From Sphagnum compactum (Eukaryota): a stretch of 64,000 nucleotides of DNA. Both the position numbers and the translations under genes were made by a program. This document shows, one piece after another, positions 13,480 through 27,410 of the stretch; the first letter of the stretch is position 1; each line of letters starts with the position of its first letter. The notes under the pieces were generated by a model. It made no database searches, was not told the origin of the DNA, and saw only the letters and a list, made by a program, of their open reading frames with translations. The stretch lies in assembly GCA_965153455.1 (NCBI GenBank), contig OZ234494.1:11408001-11472000 (forward strand). Reading direction: 5' to 3'.

Positions 13480-14620
13480 AAATCATCAATCTTCATATGA
13501 TATGTTGATATGTTGACCTAGGTGTTGTTGAAATGTATTCGTAACTTGGTTTGGTCTTTTCATGTCCATTGCATTAGGATTGAATGGCCATGCATTTATA
13601 ACCTTGAATCCATTTTTTATGTTTTTCTTGGACAATGACATGTTTAAAGCCTTGTTTGTCCAACCAACCAATGTGTATTTGTCTAGTTCACAATGATTAT
13701 TTTTAACCATTGCATTATTTTTTCTCTTTTTTGAAAGTTTATTTTGAAATGCTTGTAGCAACTCACATCTAAGGACCTTGTAAGGCATGGGATGTAGTGT
13801 GACAATGTAATGTGATCATGTCCAACCCAAATGCTTGTGCTTAATTTTATTGCTTCTAATGTAACATATGAACCAAACCCATCTAGAATTAATAGATGTT
13901 GATAAGATTGAAAGATATCGCCTTTTGAAAAATGACAAATATTCCTTGAATAAAAGGTCACTATTGCTTTGGTTTATATCGCCATACATGGCCCTACCTT
14001 GCATTATCTAATATAATCATCTTTAATATGTTCACCTCTAAAGATGGAAAATCTTGGTAGGAAACCCCATGTTACATTTATGGCATAGTTTTTTTATTGA
14101 CCAACCATTCTTTAAACCTTTAAATTGTGTTGAAAATCTATTGTGAACATTTTTTTGTTAGAACTTTTGCCCTTGACTTTTTCAATGTCTTGTCCTAACT
14201 TTCCGTATGTGATTTGGATTATATTTGTGTTAAATGTATAATGTATGTAAGTTTTAGTATAATGAATTTTATGACCAACTTGTCAAACCTTGTGTTTTAC
14301 AGACCTTTAGTCCTTCCATACGTTTAATACTTAATTTTTTATGTTATCATTTGAACCAATGCCACCAATATTTCCAAGGAATTCCATTTTTGAAAAGGGT
14401 GAGCTGGTTTGAATTTTTTTTGTTACTTTCATTTTTAGTTGCGACAAGGTCATTGAAAGTCCACATTATTGCATACCAAGTGTCCAAGCCACCATTGCTA
14501 CATCATTTTTCGTTTGAAAACACATGGGTCAACCTTCCTTGAGCTTGTCCTACCATTCAAATGATTTGAAATAGGACATAATACCTCCAAAAAATATTGA
14601 AGTTCATCTAACACACTCTA
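13480..14620 (-). pseudogene. Degenerate pogo/Tigger (Tc1-mariner superfamily, DDE_1 plus CENP-B-type HTH) transposase
   Basis: Frameshifted pieces read HLLILDGFGSYVTLEAIK, LDVSCYKHFK and WTNKALNMSLSKKNIKNGFKVINAWPFNP. These match the pogo motifs LLILDGHGSH, QPLDV.CFKPFK and NI.GF..GIWP.NP. An HTH-like region lies upstream at about 14350-14600. Confidence 0.8.
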
Positions 14621-17329
14621 TGGGAGTTATGACATACCCCAAAAATGCTAAAGGATTTGAAAAACTTGAATTTTCACTTAAATGTATTTTGGTTTGCTAC
14701 TTAATTTATGATTGAAATTAATCTTAGTTTTGGTAGGAGTCCAATGTGTTCACAAGGAAGGTTTTGCATGTTAGTTAATATAATCATAAACATGTTTTGT
14801 TTTGTGCTCCAAAGGTGTTGTTTTACATATTAAGTCTTAGGGCATGTTTGTGCATTCAAGATTTTTTGGATCCTTAAACCCCAAATCCTTTGAAACTGCC
14901 ATTATGAAGCAATCCCTTAAGCTAAATGGGCATTAACTAATAGTGCAAGCAATGGTGGCTCACATTTGTGACAAAACTATGTTTTTTACATGGATACCCT
15001 TTATTCAAATGTATATGGTGCTTAATATATCCTTATCTATTAATTGGGACTTGGATCTAAACTAACAATTTCATTATGAAGAGTATTGTGTGGTTATTTA
15101 CTGATTAAGAAATTCATTTGTTAATAGTAATTGACTTTTGAAGTTGAAAAATATGGATTAGTCGTTTGATTGGAACATCATAAAATGAAAAAAATTATAT
15201 TGATTCACATTTCAAATTTATTATTGGGATTCAATATATAATGTAATATAAGATGATAAATTCATATGAAGAATCTTTTATTTGAAAAATTTAATTGTTT
15301 GATAGTTAAGAACTTTTGAGCATGAATGGTTAAAATTTGACCATATTTTTATAAGTCCATATGAGTTGCAATTTTTGTTTATTTTTCAAAAAATTTGTCC
15401 CAAAATCATATTTTTTGAAAAATTTACATGGGGTAATATTCATATGGAGTTTGTGGGTTTTCTTTTCAGGACTTTCAAATTTAAAAATGACATTCGTTAC
15501 ATTAAATACAAGTTTTGACATAGATTTGGAAAGGTTTATAGGTGATTGAACATGTATTATTCATAGATTAGAATAATAACATTTTTTAAAGTAACAACCA
15601 TGTCCATTTGAATCATTTTAAATAATAATTTATGGACTTATAAGGAGTGTGATTTTTATTAATATTGAGCCATTGTACCATGCATGCACCCTAGTTTTTG
15701 AATGTGTGCACCCTTACACCTTAAACTAAACATTTTGTTAATTAAATTAGGTTGAGGGGTGTTCAAAGGTCTATAATTTATTCCCAAAACCACATGCTTT
15801 GTTATTGAAAGTGGGTGGATGGGTGCCCAAAGTGACACAATTTTCTCCCCATCACCAAACACTTTATTGATTTAAGTGGGTTCCGATGGGTGCCCAAGCA
15901 AAATAAATTTCTCCCATGACCAAACAAAAAAATGCACAATCCTTGTCCTGATGATAAAAGAACCAAACACAATTTTTATACTATAATGTCTTATCATAGG
16001 GTGCATATTGAGTGTTGGTTAGTTTTACAATTGGTCAATAGTCGACCTTGGGTTGAACTATTGCCCTAATCAATCACTAATTGTTGTTTGATGATGGGTA
16101 TGGTTGCCCTATTGCCTTGTCATTAACCCCTTATTTTAACAATGCTTGCACCTTTGGTTTTACCCTACACAATATGTGTTTTCAATGGATGGTGTCCTAG
16201 TAAGTGTTAGATCACATAATAAAATGATTGATGACAAGGCTTTCCATTGTGTTGAATTCATAAACCCAGTACCATCCATCAAATTAAAAAAATTGCATCC
16301 ATTATTAAAATCCTATGAGGCATACAAAATGGAAGGTCCATACATAACTAACGACATCAAAGATGCCACCAATAATAAATGTGACCAACTCCATAAAATC
16401 ATTACATGAAATCCAAAAAACAAAGTTCTTAGTGAAAGACAATTGAGGGTTTTGTGTGTAGGGTAATGCTTAAAAAACAAAGTGTTTCTAAAGTGAGTGC
16501 CCACCTAAAGGAGAATGAACAAGTGTTTATTTTGGGAATACCTCATTGTGAGGTTGTTATTCAACATAAACATTGGCAATTTTTTTTAAAAAAATTATCC
16601 ATGATACCTAGTGGATACAGAAAAATATATCTACTAGAGATACGGGGGAAAACAAAATGATTGCCAAAGCAAACATTTTGCTTTTCAAAATGACTTGCCT
16701 CTTGCCAAGGAGAATTTTTGTTAACTAAAATATTTTAAAAATACACTATACATTTTTTGATAGTGTTTTATGTGTGGGTGAAGGCTTTCATGGCATTGGT
16801 CAAAATATTTGATAGTCGCATTGAAAAATCATGTCATCATTGTCCACTTCATTTTGAACGATAATTATTTTACAATCAGATAAATGATAGCTAGAAGTTC
16901 ACATCATTATGTCTTTTGTCATGGATGTCCTATGGATGAGAACAATTATGAACTAATGATTTCATTATTGCCATACATAATATTATCATCCATTAGTGAC
17001 AAAAGTAACTCATTTATGACTATTTATTTTTTCCATGTAAGATGAAAATTTATTTTGTATGAATATAGTCATTCATAAAGTCATTGAGGATTTTTAATCA
17101 TTATTTTTTTAATTGCAAAAGACAAGATTCCTTTTAATGAGATAATTCAAAAAATTCTGAAAATAACCCACATGAAAAACAATTAATTGTTCAAAACAAC
17201 TTATGATCATGAACCAATTATGAATGATTTTAAACATGAACCAAAAAAATTTAATTTAATCCAACATCATGCCATGTTAACTCCTTTTTTTATGGAATTT
17301 ATATTAAAATACATTCACATTAAGTTTTG

Positions 17330-18365
17330 TCATGATTAACCTAGGTTTAGCCTTGGTTAGGTTTAATTGAAGTTTAACCTAAAATTAGCATAAGTTTATC
17401 CTAGGTTTAGCACAAGTTTAATTTTAAAGTTTAGTTTAGGTTTAGCCATTAAATTTAAATTGTAAGTTTAGCCTTCAAGTTTATTTATGTTTAGCCTTTA
17501 GTTAAACTTAAGTTAATTAGGTTTAGTTATGTTTAACTAAGTTTATCCTATGTTTAACTTCAAAGTTTAATTTAAATTTAGCCTTTAAGTTTAACCTTTA
17601 AATTTAGTTTTTAAGTTTAGCCACTAGGTTTAGTTTATGTTTAATTTATGTTTAATTTATAATTATAATTTTTAAGTTTAGCCTTTGTGTTTAACGTTTA
17701 AATTTAGTATTTAAGTTTAACCTTTAGGATTAACCTACGTTTAGCTTTTAAATTTAACATAGGTTTAACCTCTAAATTTAACCCAAGTTTAACTTAGGTC
17801 TAAACTTTAAATTTAATGTTTAAGTTTAGCTTAGGTTTAACCTAAGTTTAACCTAATTTTAACTTCTGAATTTAACCTTTAAGTTTAACCTAAGTTTAAC
17901 TTTTAAGCTAAGTTTATGTTTAACCTTTAAGTTTAGCCTTTAAGTTTAACCTAGGTTTAAATTCTAATTTTAACCTTTAAATTTAGCCTAAATTTAACCT
18001 TTTGGTTTAACTTATAGGTTTAGCCTATGTTTAACCTTTAAATTTAATCTTTATTTAGCTTATAAGTTTAAGTTTAAGTTTTCAATTTAAACTTTAGGTT
18101 TAGCCAAAGTTTAACCTTTAAATTTAATCTTTAAATTTACCTTATAAATTTAGCATATGTTTAGCCTTTAAATTTAGCTTATAAGTTTAATTTAAATTTA
18201 ACCTTTAAGTTTAACCTTTAAGTTGAACTTATAGGTTTTACCTTTGCTTAGTTTTTAGGTTTTGTTTATAAATTTAATTTATATTTAATTTCAAAGTTTA
18301 GTTTATACATTTAGCTTAGGTTAACCTATAATTACTTATGAAGGCCTAGTTTAACTTAAGTTAGA
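17330..18365. repeat. About 1-kb degenerate satellite of 11-13-nt quasi-palindromic monomers (AGGTTTAACCT / AAGTTTAACCTTT / AAGTTTAGCCT)
   Basis: Directly visible, with dozens of monomers. Related CCTAGG/AACCT units resume at about 20345-20510. Confidence 0.85.
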
Positions 18366-18367
18366 CT

Positions 18368-20344
18368 TGCTAGAAGAAAAAATCAACTAACATTTGTAAT
18401 TATATTCTAGTTGCAAAAGACATTTGCTACTAAAAATTGTTTAGTTGCATTAAACAAGTTGCATAAGACACTAGTTGCAAGTGTGGTTGATGTCAATGGT
18501 CAACAAAATACTTCGATGTCTATTACCATCCGTATATTACCATAAAAATCAACAACTTACATAATGGAACTTAGCAAATGAAAAAGGTTTCAAAAAAAAT
18601 TGTTTTAAAAATAGATGGTGGATCCTCATAAGCTATTTTTAATGGTTTTAGATTGTGACACACAGCATAATACTAATATGCCACGTGACATTTTTGAGTT
18701 TTTCTCAAAATAAATTAAAATCAATATTTAGGTTGGTATGTGGAACTAAGTAAATAGGTAGGTAGGTAGGTAATTATTTTAAATTTCATTTGATTGGCTC
18801 ATCCCAATTGACGTGTTTTTTATGTGAAAGTGTAGGATAAAACCTCCTCATTATATAGTTATCAAAATGGAAATCAAGGACAAAATATATGGGATAAAAA
18901 CTGAAGTTGCAACTTAGTTGTAAATTAAGTTGCAACAAAAAAGTTCATCTCATATCTTTTGTCCTCCTTTTTAATTTTGTTAATTCTATAACTAAGTATA
19001 TATGTAACTCACTATCTATTTAATAAGCTAAATAAATATTAATTAATATTTATATAATAATCAATTACCCAATTCATTTAGTTATAAATGATTAATTCAT
19101 AATTCACGTATAGAAGAATAAATGACTGAAATAATAATTATTAATTCATAATTCACATATAGAAAATAAGTGATTAAAATAATAACCAATTTTTTGTCCA
19201 AATTATTACTTATAAGTTTTCCATAATAGTTTTTAAATTTAAAATAAATAATATAATATAATAATTAATTAATAATTAGTATTTAAACAATATGTAACTA
19301 ACTACCTTATTGGTTGTAAAATCTAGTTAAATAATAAAATAAATAGTTAAATTATTCAATAATCAATAATCAACATATAATTAATCAAATATATAACGAA
19401 AATATTAAATAATAAGTGCTTAATATTTAAATAATAATCGACTAACATAACAGCTATACATTATTAATTAATAGTTCAGAAATTTAAAAATGAAAGATTA
19501 AAATAATAAATAATTACCAATTAATTAACCCATTGATTAGTTATGCGTTATTAAATAATAATTTCATAAATAATAGAAAATCAATGAATTAATTAATTAT
19601 TATATAAATATTAATTAATTAATTAGTTTATTGGTTATATATTTTCATTAATGGTTTTTAAATAATCAAATAATTAATATTAAATGTATTTATTTATTGA
19701 TTAAATTTTATTGGATCATAATAATATTATTATTAATGAATGAATAATTATTAACCAACCAACAATTAACTAATGAATTAGTTATAAATGATTGATGAAT
19801 AGTTTATAAATATATTTAAAATAACTACAAATTATTACAATAACCATTATCAATTATATATATCAATTAATTAAAAATAGTTGTGAATAATTAATAAATA
19901 GGTGGATTCTATTAGTTAGGTAGGTAAAAAAACATATATAGGTAGGTAAGTAGCTAGTTTTTAAAAATAAAAAACTAAATACAATTTTATAAATACACCA
20001 ATGGAAACATACCCCATTATACCCCTAATAGAACTTAACAAAAGTACACATATTTTTCAAAAGTTTCTTGATACACCTATGTATACCACTAGGGGCTATC
20101 TTGACACCCTAGTAGTGTAACTAAGTTTGGTTCCATTTGCAACTAATGGGACATATGGGTATGAAAAAAAATTCTAATGTGTAGGATGAAAAAGTCATTA
20201 ATTGCAAATGTAGTTGTAATATAATTGTTAGAATGGTCAAAGGTGCAAAATAGTTGAAAAAACAATTATAGCTAATTGCAAATGACAATTAGTTGCATGT
20301 AGTTGCAAATGCATTAGTTGCATTTTGGGGGTTTTCTTCTAGTA
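18368..20344. mobile_element. Non-autonomous CACTA-like element with an extremely AT-rich core
   Basis: Termini TGCTAGAAGAAAA and TTTTCTTCTAGTA are inverted, CACTAG-like and decayed. Subterminal (TA)GTTGCA/TGCAACTA repeats occur at both ends. The element interrupts the AACCT/CCTAGG satellite. No 3-bp TSD is retained. Confidence 0.55.
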
Positions 20345-22689
20345 TAGGTGGCCTAAGTTAATCTTGGATAACCTAGGTCAACCTAAGGTGGCCTAGGAAG
20401 TCTTTTACTTAAAATATAATCAATCATCACAAACTTAAACAATAAAATATTTTAACCTAGGCTTTTACCTGACCTAGACTAAGTTCCTTGGCTAGGCTCC
20501 TTAGGCCTTGGTTATTAGATGGCATCACACGATTCAACCAAAAAATGTTTAATTTAAAATTTAAAATTGTCACATGGTAGTCCATAAATGGTTAATAAAT
20601 TCTAAATGATTTGGAATAGGTTGCCACATGTCAACAATAATTTAATTTTAAAAATTAAAAATTAAATTATCAAATTAAACCTCAAAATTGGGATGCATTT
20701 TTCATAATTATTTTATTGATTTAGTATTATAAAATTTGATGACCATGATTGCATGATCTTTCAAAATCATGATCATTCATGGCATGAAATAATTGAATAC
20801 CATGATGCCATAAATGACTACCTTCATGGCATAATGACTATGGTCATGGTTGTGATGAAATGATATGAATGATGAGTTTGAATCAACTAGGTGGTCATGT
20901 AATTGCTAAGGCATATATAATTCAAATTTGTAGTTATAGATGTTGTTTTGTTGAAATAGATTACAACCTTTTAAACAATGATAAGGCCTAAAATAAGCCT
21001 TAACCTTAATTAACGTCACTTAATGTGGACATGATTAAAGCCTTACTTGAACTAACACAAGGCAATTTAAAGCCAAACCTGTGACCAATGCATGGACATG
21101 ATGGTCATTTTTTATATGGGAAAAAGGTTTTAAAAGAAAACTAATTAATATGGAAGGGTGTATTCTGAGTTTGCCAAGGAAAAAAATGATTTTTTTCATG
21201 TAGGGAAACATCTAAGGAGTGGGGTGTTCTTGAAATAAACACCCACCCAAGTTGAAGGCCATTGACAATGAAAACACCTTACTCTTTAAACACAAGCATA
21301 CTTTTATTAAATTTTTATTTTTTCTCGTCATACCATGTGGATATTCGTTAGGTATCAATAGATAGTGAAAAAAGGCAAATTACCCATTAGACCTTTTTTA
21401 GAAAAAAATTCCACTTGGTAATATGCCTTTTAGATACATTAAAAATATTATGCATTGTGCTTTATGATGAATTAAACTTATTGGTTCCATTTTGAACATT
21501 GTCATTGATGTTGGATGCACAAGTTATTTACTTGGATATATATGTAGGTAAATGTTATGGCAAATATAGAATGTTAACTAGTTCATAATATAAATCCAAC
21601 TTAATGTATAAAATTAAAAAATATTTTTTCCAATCGATAATTTGTTTTGTTATCCTACTTGGTTGGTATATATTTTTTACTTACCTTATATACCTTTCTT
21701 GTGGGGTAGATAATTATTCTAAAGTGGGTAAAAATAAGGTAAAATGTAGACATAATTCATATGCATTGTCACATTTTTGTGGCACACTCATTTTTTAGGA
21801 TATATATAATTTGCAATATTTACCTTGAGCAAGATTTTTTATTTATTATACCTTTGGAGTTGGAAGCTCTTCAAATTATACTACCATTTCATATTATAAT
21901 AATGCCTCGTGCATCATTAAAGTTGCATCATTACTGTCAAAAAATAAATTTTATTGTTGTCCAATTCACTTGAAAACATGGTCTTTATTTTCAACTTTTA
22001 GAAATAGTTATCATGTCTAAGAGGAAACATTCACCGTGGCTTAAATGGTTAGTTTGCTGAAATGTTTGTAGGAGGGACACATGACTAGCCTTTTACTTTC
22101 AAGACATCTAACAATAACTTTTTTTTTCTATATTAAACGTTTAACCACTTCAAAAATGTGTAATGGAATTTAATTTGGCTAGGGTGTTTGGCCCACCTAA
22201 AAAAAAGTAGGCGACTTGTAAATGTTCTAAAAATCCTACATGCGATAAAATTTACTTAAGGTGGGATTTTAATTATATGATTTGTGGGGGAATTAAACCC
22301 TTAAATTGCCCATCACAATGCAAAGCTTTTCTTGCACACATGGCATGCATACATATTGGACAAAACAAGTAACAAAACAAACAAAATATGCTTAATACCT
22401 AATACCTACTTGCTAAAATTGATTTGTGGGGGGAATTGAACCCCCAAACTACCCATTACAAAAAAAGTCATTCGCAAAACTTGTTAGAACTTAGTACTTA
22501 CTAACTTCCTACCACGAACAAAGAAACAAAATTTTGATGGAGACCTTAACCTTTGTTGAGATCATGGAAACTAAAGGCCAAATGCAAAAAATAAAACTTC
22601 AACTAACCCAAACAAAATTTGTGTATCAAAACCACGTTGGGTTTGCATATCCTTCCAAGTGACAATTACCTATGGGTATGGAAAATTTT

Positions 22690-23975
22690 ATAATGTGTAA
22701 AATTGTTGTGTAAACATCCAAACCACAATGTGGTGTTGGAGTTTAAATTTGATGAATTCAAATTGTTGAAGCTCCTTTTGTCCTCAACGTAACCAATAAC
22801 TTGAACCATGGCAATCTTTGCCAACTTGAAATATTTTGGCTAGCTTGTGTGCAACATTTGTGAAGAGGCCAAATATCTCCAAAGCCAAGTCAAAGGATTT
22901 ATGGTGTAAGGATGACCCATGGTTAATGTTGCAATTATTTTCATTGTTAACTTGAAAAATGACATTTGTAGATCCAAAGACATAAAAGATAAAACCTTTG
23001 GCACCAAGGTATGATTAGGCCCAATCCTTTTCAAGTAGAAAAAATGGGCCTTAATCACATTAATGTGTCTTTTGAAAGACTCCTCACAGTTGCCATCATC
23101 CAATATTGAGGGACCCCCTTCCTTCCCCAATTTCTAAACACCATGTGAAGGAAACAAGCCTACAACTCTAAAACTAAAAATTTAATAGCCTTTTCATTTG
23201 ATTTTTCACATTTTCCATAACTTGAGTGTGCACTTCTTTGATCACGAAATTCATTAGCCATGTTGTATAAATGTTCCACTCAAATGTGTTGTCCATTGTA
23301 AACAAAAGTTAAATGTTCCGTACCCATATTCATGTCTAAGATCCACCACATGATGAAGAGGTCATGGGAGGGACCCACCAAAGACTTGATGGAATAAAAC
23401 ACATCAAACTTGAAAATAGCGTTAAGGTTCAAAAAATGTATTTGCCTAATGTTCAAAGCTTGATTGTTGCCATAATCAACAAGAAAGACATCTTGAGATA
23501 GTGTCAATTTTATCAGGTTGTTCACTTCTTCCAATAGTGGTAGCAAGACTACCTGCCCATATAAGGCATCAATATCACATAGGAGTTTAAAGTTCATCTT
23601 GACATCAAAAGTCATATTGACCACTAGAATGCAATGTTTTATCATCACCCATTTTGTAGATCTCAAAATAGAAATCCACCTTGTTTTAACATTATTTAAC
23701 AATTGATTACCTTGAATTTTCATGATCGTAGCAAACTTGTTGAATTTCAAGTGTTTATTAGGGTTTTCATTAAAATATGCATATAGGGTTTGGAACATGT
23801 TCTCCAACCTACAAACCATGTTAAGTTCAGATAGAGCTTGCATGGCAAGATTAGTTTGATGGGCCATGTAATGGATGCCTTGCATGTGAAGATCATAATC
23901 CAATTTAATTTGATGTGTAACTCCAATTTTCGTACTTTGAAAAACACTGACACCATTAGTTCCAAACACTACAAG
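22690..23975 (-). pseudogene. Degenerate hAT-family transposase (ZNF862-like) with C-terminal dimerisation region
   Basis: FGTNGVSVFQ, GIHYMAHQTNLAMQ (HCxAH motif), NVKTRWISIL (TRW motif), NPLTWLW and VIGYVEDKRSFNNL (cf. SVEDER.FS). Several frameshifts and stops. Confidence 0.85.
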
Positions 23976-26920
23976 AAATCACTATCTTTTTAATTGAAAA
24001 CATTATTCAAAAAGACCCCCCATGTGGTCTTTTTGCTCCCTTCATCCAACTTGACCAAAGTGCCATTTTGGAAAAGTTGATTTTGACATGTCCACTTTGA
24101 CTAAGTTTTTTTGGTTGGTTATTTTGATGAATTTTTTATAGGATTTTTACGATTTTTTAAATTAGTCAAATGAAGCAACAATATTCAGGCATCAAGTTTT
24201 ATAAATTATAGATTCCAATTATCAAAAACTTCCCCAATAATATTTATTTATTTACATATATATTTTAATTATAGGCCTAATATAAAAATTAATGTTCTAA
24301 TTAATTGATTAATTAAAACATATTTACCTTACCTTACCCAACCTAGCCTAAAAACCTAGGCTAGGTTGGGCCATTTTTCTTTTTTTAATTAAAATTCAAT
24401 TTCTTACAAGGTTTTTTCATGTTCAATTGCAAAGTTTAGATCAATATGGGGTGGATCTCTTTCATCCACTACTGATTTCCCTTTGTCCTTCATATACTTT
24501 ATAACACCTTAGTTGTTATTTTTAACAAAATTGCCATTGTTAACCCTAAAAGTTTGTTAATCAAACAAACATTAGAATTTGAAATTGTTAGGTGGTTTAA
24601 GAAGAGTCATGTGCAACAATGAACAAAATATTCAAGTGAAAAACTATAAATAAAGTTTTATGAATTTTACTTGATTCGTAAATGTTGATCAAAATTTGAA
24701 CTTGGCAACACTATAGTGCAATTTGCAAAATTAAAACAACTTTGAATTTTTGTGTTCCATCAACTTTACAAAATTCGACTTTGGACTTTGTACATTCGTT
24801 TTTCATGAATCACAATAATCAATAAAATTCAGCGATGAGAATTTAAAACAAAATTCGACAATGAAAAACTTATAACAACTTCAATAATTAAAATTGACAT
24901 AAAACCAATGTTCATTACTTATAAACATTACTTACAAACATATGTTTATAAACATTGTTTATAATATAGTTCTTAACCTATAACAAAGTTCAATAATCAA
25001 AATTTTAAAAAATTACATTACAATGCAAGCATTACAATTAAAACTTACAACAATGTTTGGCAAAACTCAAAAGATCAAAACCCTTCAAAACTTCATTACA
25101 ATTGAAAACCTCAAAACTTTGTTGTAAACGAAACCAATTGTCCAATGTTGATGGAACATAACATAACTCCTTGTGAACTACAAATGTGTGAAGGAAAAGG
25201 AGACCATGATATGTAGGTGTACAAAGGAAGAAGAGATGACAACTTGCAAATGTGTGAAGGGTTTAGGTTTGACAACTTGCATGAGCGAAATTTATTTTAT
25301 AGGTGATTTGATAGCTATGAATGGCCATTTTTGGCACCTCCTAGCATTATCAAATCAAAGTTCCTATTGAAAAAAAAATGTTGCAAGATAAGTATTTGAT
25401 GTTGTTCATGATGGCAAATAGGGTTTTTGGGGAAATAACTATTTTATAAAATAATTCCTTTGTTGATGTGGTTGACTTTTGACCAATGATCAATTTTGGT
25501 GATAATTCACCAAAAATTAAAACTCTATTTCAAAGATGTTTGTAATGTCATGTGTTCATGTTTCCAATGCAAATTGCACAACTAATTTTTTCTTCAATTA
25601 TCACTTTGTGCTATATGTTTCAATCTACCAAAAATTTATCACACATTTTACACATTTATGTCCTCAAAATCAATTTATTGTAAATGAGAAATATTTACCC
25701 CTTCTCTTATCCTTTCAACAATGTAAACGATTGATGTGGTCAAAGGTTTTTTTTCAAACTTGTGATAAAAAAATTGGTGAAATTTTTATATCACATATTT
25801 GAAGAATGCAAAAAATTAGCAAGATTAGTTGAAATTTCACTAGGAAAACAAAAAAAATCCCAACTTCTTGTAAAAAAAGACATTGGTATGTGATGTTCTA
25901 AAACATTCATAACCCATTTGCAAGGGAAGCTATGATCTTAGTTGCCTTAATCTGTCTATGATGGAAGTTTGTTTGTTTTGATTGTCATATTGAAATCTTG
26001 CAAATCTCAATGTGTCTTGCCTTGTTCTTGGTACTATTGGAAAGCCCTTATGAGTAAGTGCACCTAGTTGGTTTCATAGTGTTTTTACCTATGAAGGAGA
26101 AATTATTGAATATTGAACAATTGTCATTGAAAATTCATTTAAATAAAAAAATATATAAAAAAGAATTTGGGTATGTTTTTAGTATTATTGAGAAGCCCTC
26201 ATTGAGTAGGATTTAATGAAGGCAATTTAGAAATCTTTCGATTTAAAATATAGGAGATAAGGAATTTTGAGTAGTTTTTGTCATTGAAAATTCAATTAAA
26301 TTACCCAAAAAATGGTTTTGGAATGAAAAAGGAATTGGGTAACCAATTCACACTTGGGCCAATGACTTTAAGTAGAACATTGATTTTGTGAAGGAGTACC
26401 AAACTTTGTTGCAAAAAGCCCTTCATTTGAACATTGGAATCTAAAACCCTAAATCCTGAAACTAAAAACCTAAACCAGCACTCCTTTAAACACATAATGG
26501 TTCATTGGGGGGATTTTCCATTGGCCTCGTATTTGAGTCCATAGTTTTTGTTTTTCGAAATTGTTGGTTTTCTCACTCTTTTTTCTTTCCTCTTATTTGT
26601 TTTGAGGGAAAAAAAAACACCAGTCATTGTTACTACTAGGGTTGTGAAAAATTTGCACAGCTCTTAATAAATACCATGATTTCTAGATTCCCAAATTGGT
26701 TTCTCACCCCCAAAAACTAATAAAATTAATTATAAAATAAAATAAAATAAGGAATTTCCATAGCCTACCAAATACCATCAATTTCCCAAATTAGTTTCTC
26801 ACCTCCAATTTTTTTTAAAAATAAAAATAAAAAAAATAAAAAATATATATATATAAGGAATTTCCCAGAGCCCTTCTAGGATCATCTCTAACCAAGGGTT
26901 TGAAATTCCTCCTCCTGTAG

Positions 26921-27186
26921 CAGTGTTTTTTTTGGGGCGAATTTTGGCGACCAAAAAAAAGGGGCTGGCGAATCCAACAAAGGAGATTTTTGAGACTTTT
27001 AAAAAAACATTCGCCATATCTTGAAAAAAAAAACTTAGAAGTCGCCAGATTTTAGACTGTGTGTTCCTGTAGGTCGCCAGAACTAGGCAGGTCCACCAGG
27101 ACAGTCGCCATTTAAGGCTATTTAAATGCTGAGGATCCTAGCCAGTACACCTACTTGAGGAATTTGAAAAAAAAAAACCCCCACTG
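26921..27186. mobile_element. hAT-type MITE, about 266 bp
   Basis: Termini CAGTGTTTTTTTT and AAAAAAACCCCCACTG, with internal TGGCGA/TCGCCA repeats. Flanks TCCTGTAG and CCGTGCAG may be a decayed 8-bp TSD (5/8 match). Confidence 0.55.
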
Positions 27187-27208
27187 CCGTGCAGTTTACC
27201 AGTACTGC

Positions 27209-27410
27209 GCCACGTGTCGACATCAAGCTGATGCAGATAAAGTCCACACGAACAGTGAACGCGTGTCACCCGAAGAAAGAGCGACGTGTCAAAATTTGGT
27301 TGATGTGTCAAGCGTGTCAGGTCATGATTGGCTCATCTGGGAAAGTTCAATTTTCTAACTCAAGCCGCCAATTCTAGGGTTTGAAAATTTTAAGAGGGCG
27401 ACGTGTCAGC
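27209..27410 (+). promoter_or_regulatory. Cluster of ABRE/G-box and CE3-like elements upstream of the ABI3-like gene
   Basis: GCCACGTGTC (27209-27218), ACGCGTGTC (27259-27267, CE3), ACGTGTC (27284-27290), GCGTGTC (27312-27318) and ACGTGTC (27401-27407), all in the same orientation. CCAAT boxes at about 27327 (ATTGG) and about 27368. Confidence 0.6.

Noticed and set aside
16146..16900. Possible decayed coding remnant
   Set aside because: I found no motif I could assign with confidence; a translated homology search would be needed.
17330..18365. Interstitial telomeric repeat
   Set aside because: The monomers are AGGTTTAACCT-type, not TTTAGGG arrays.
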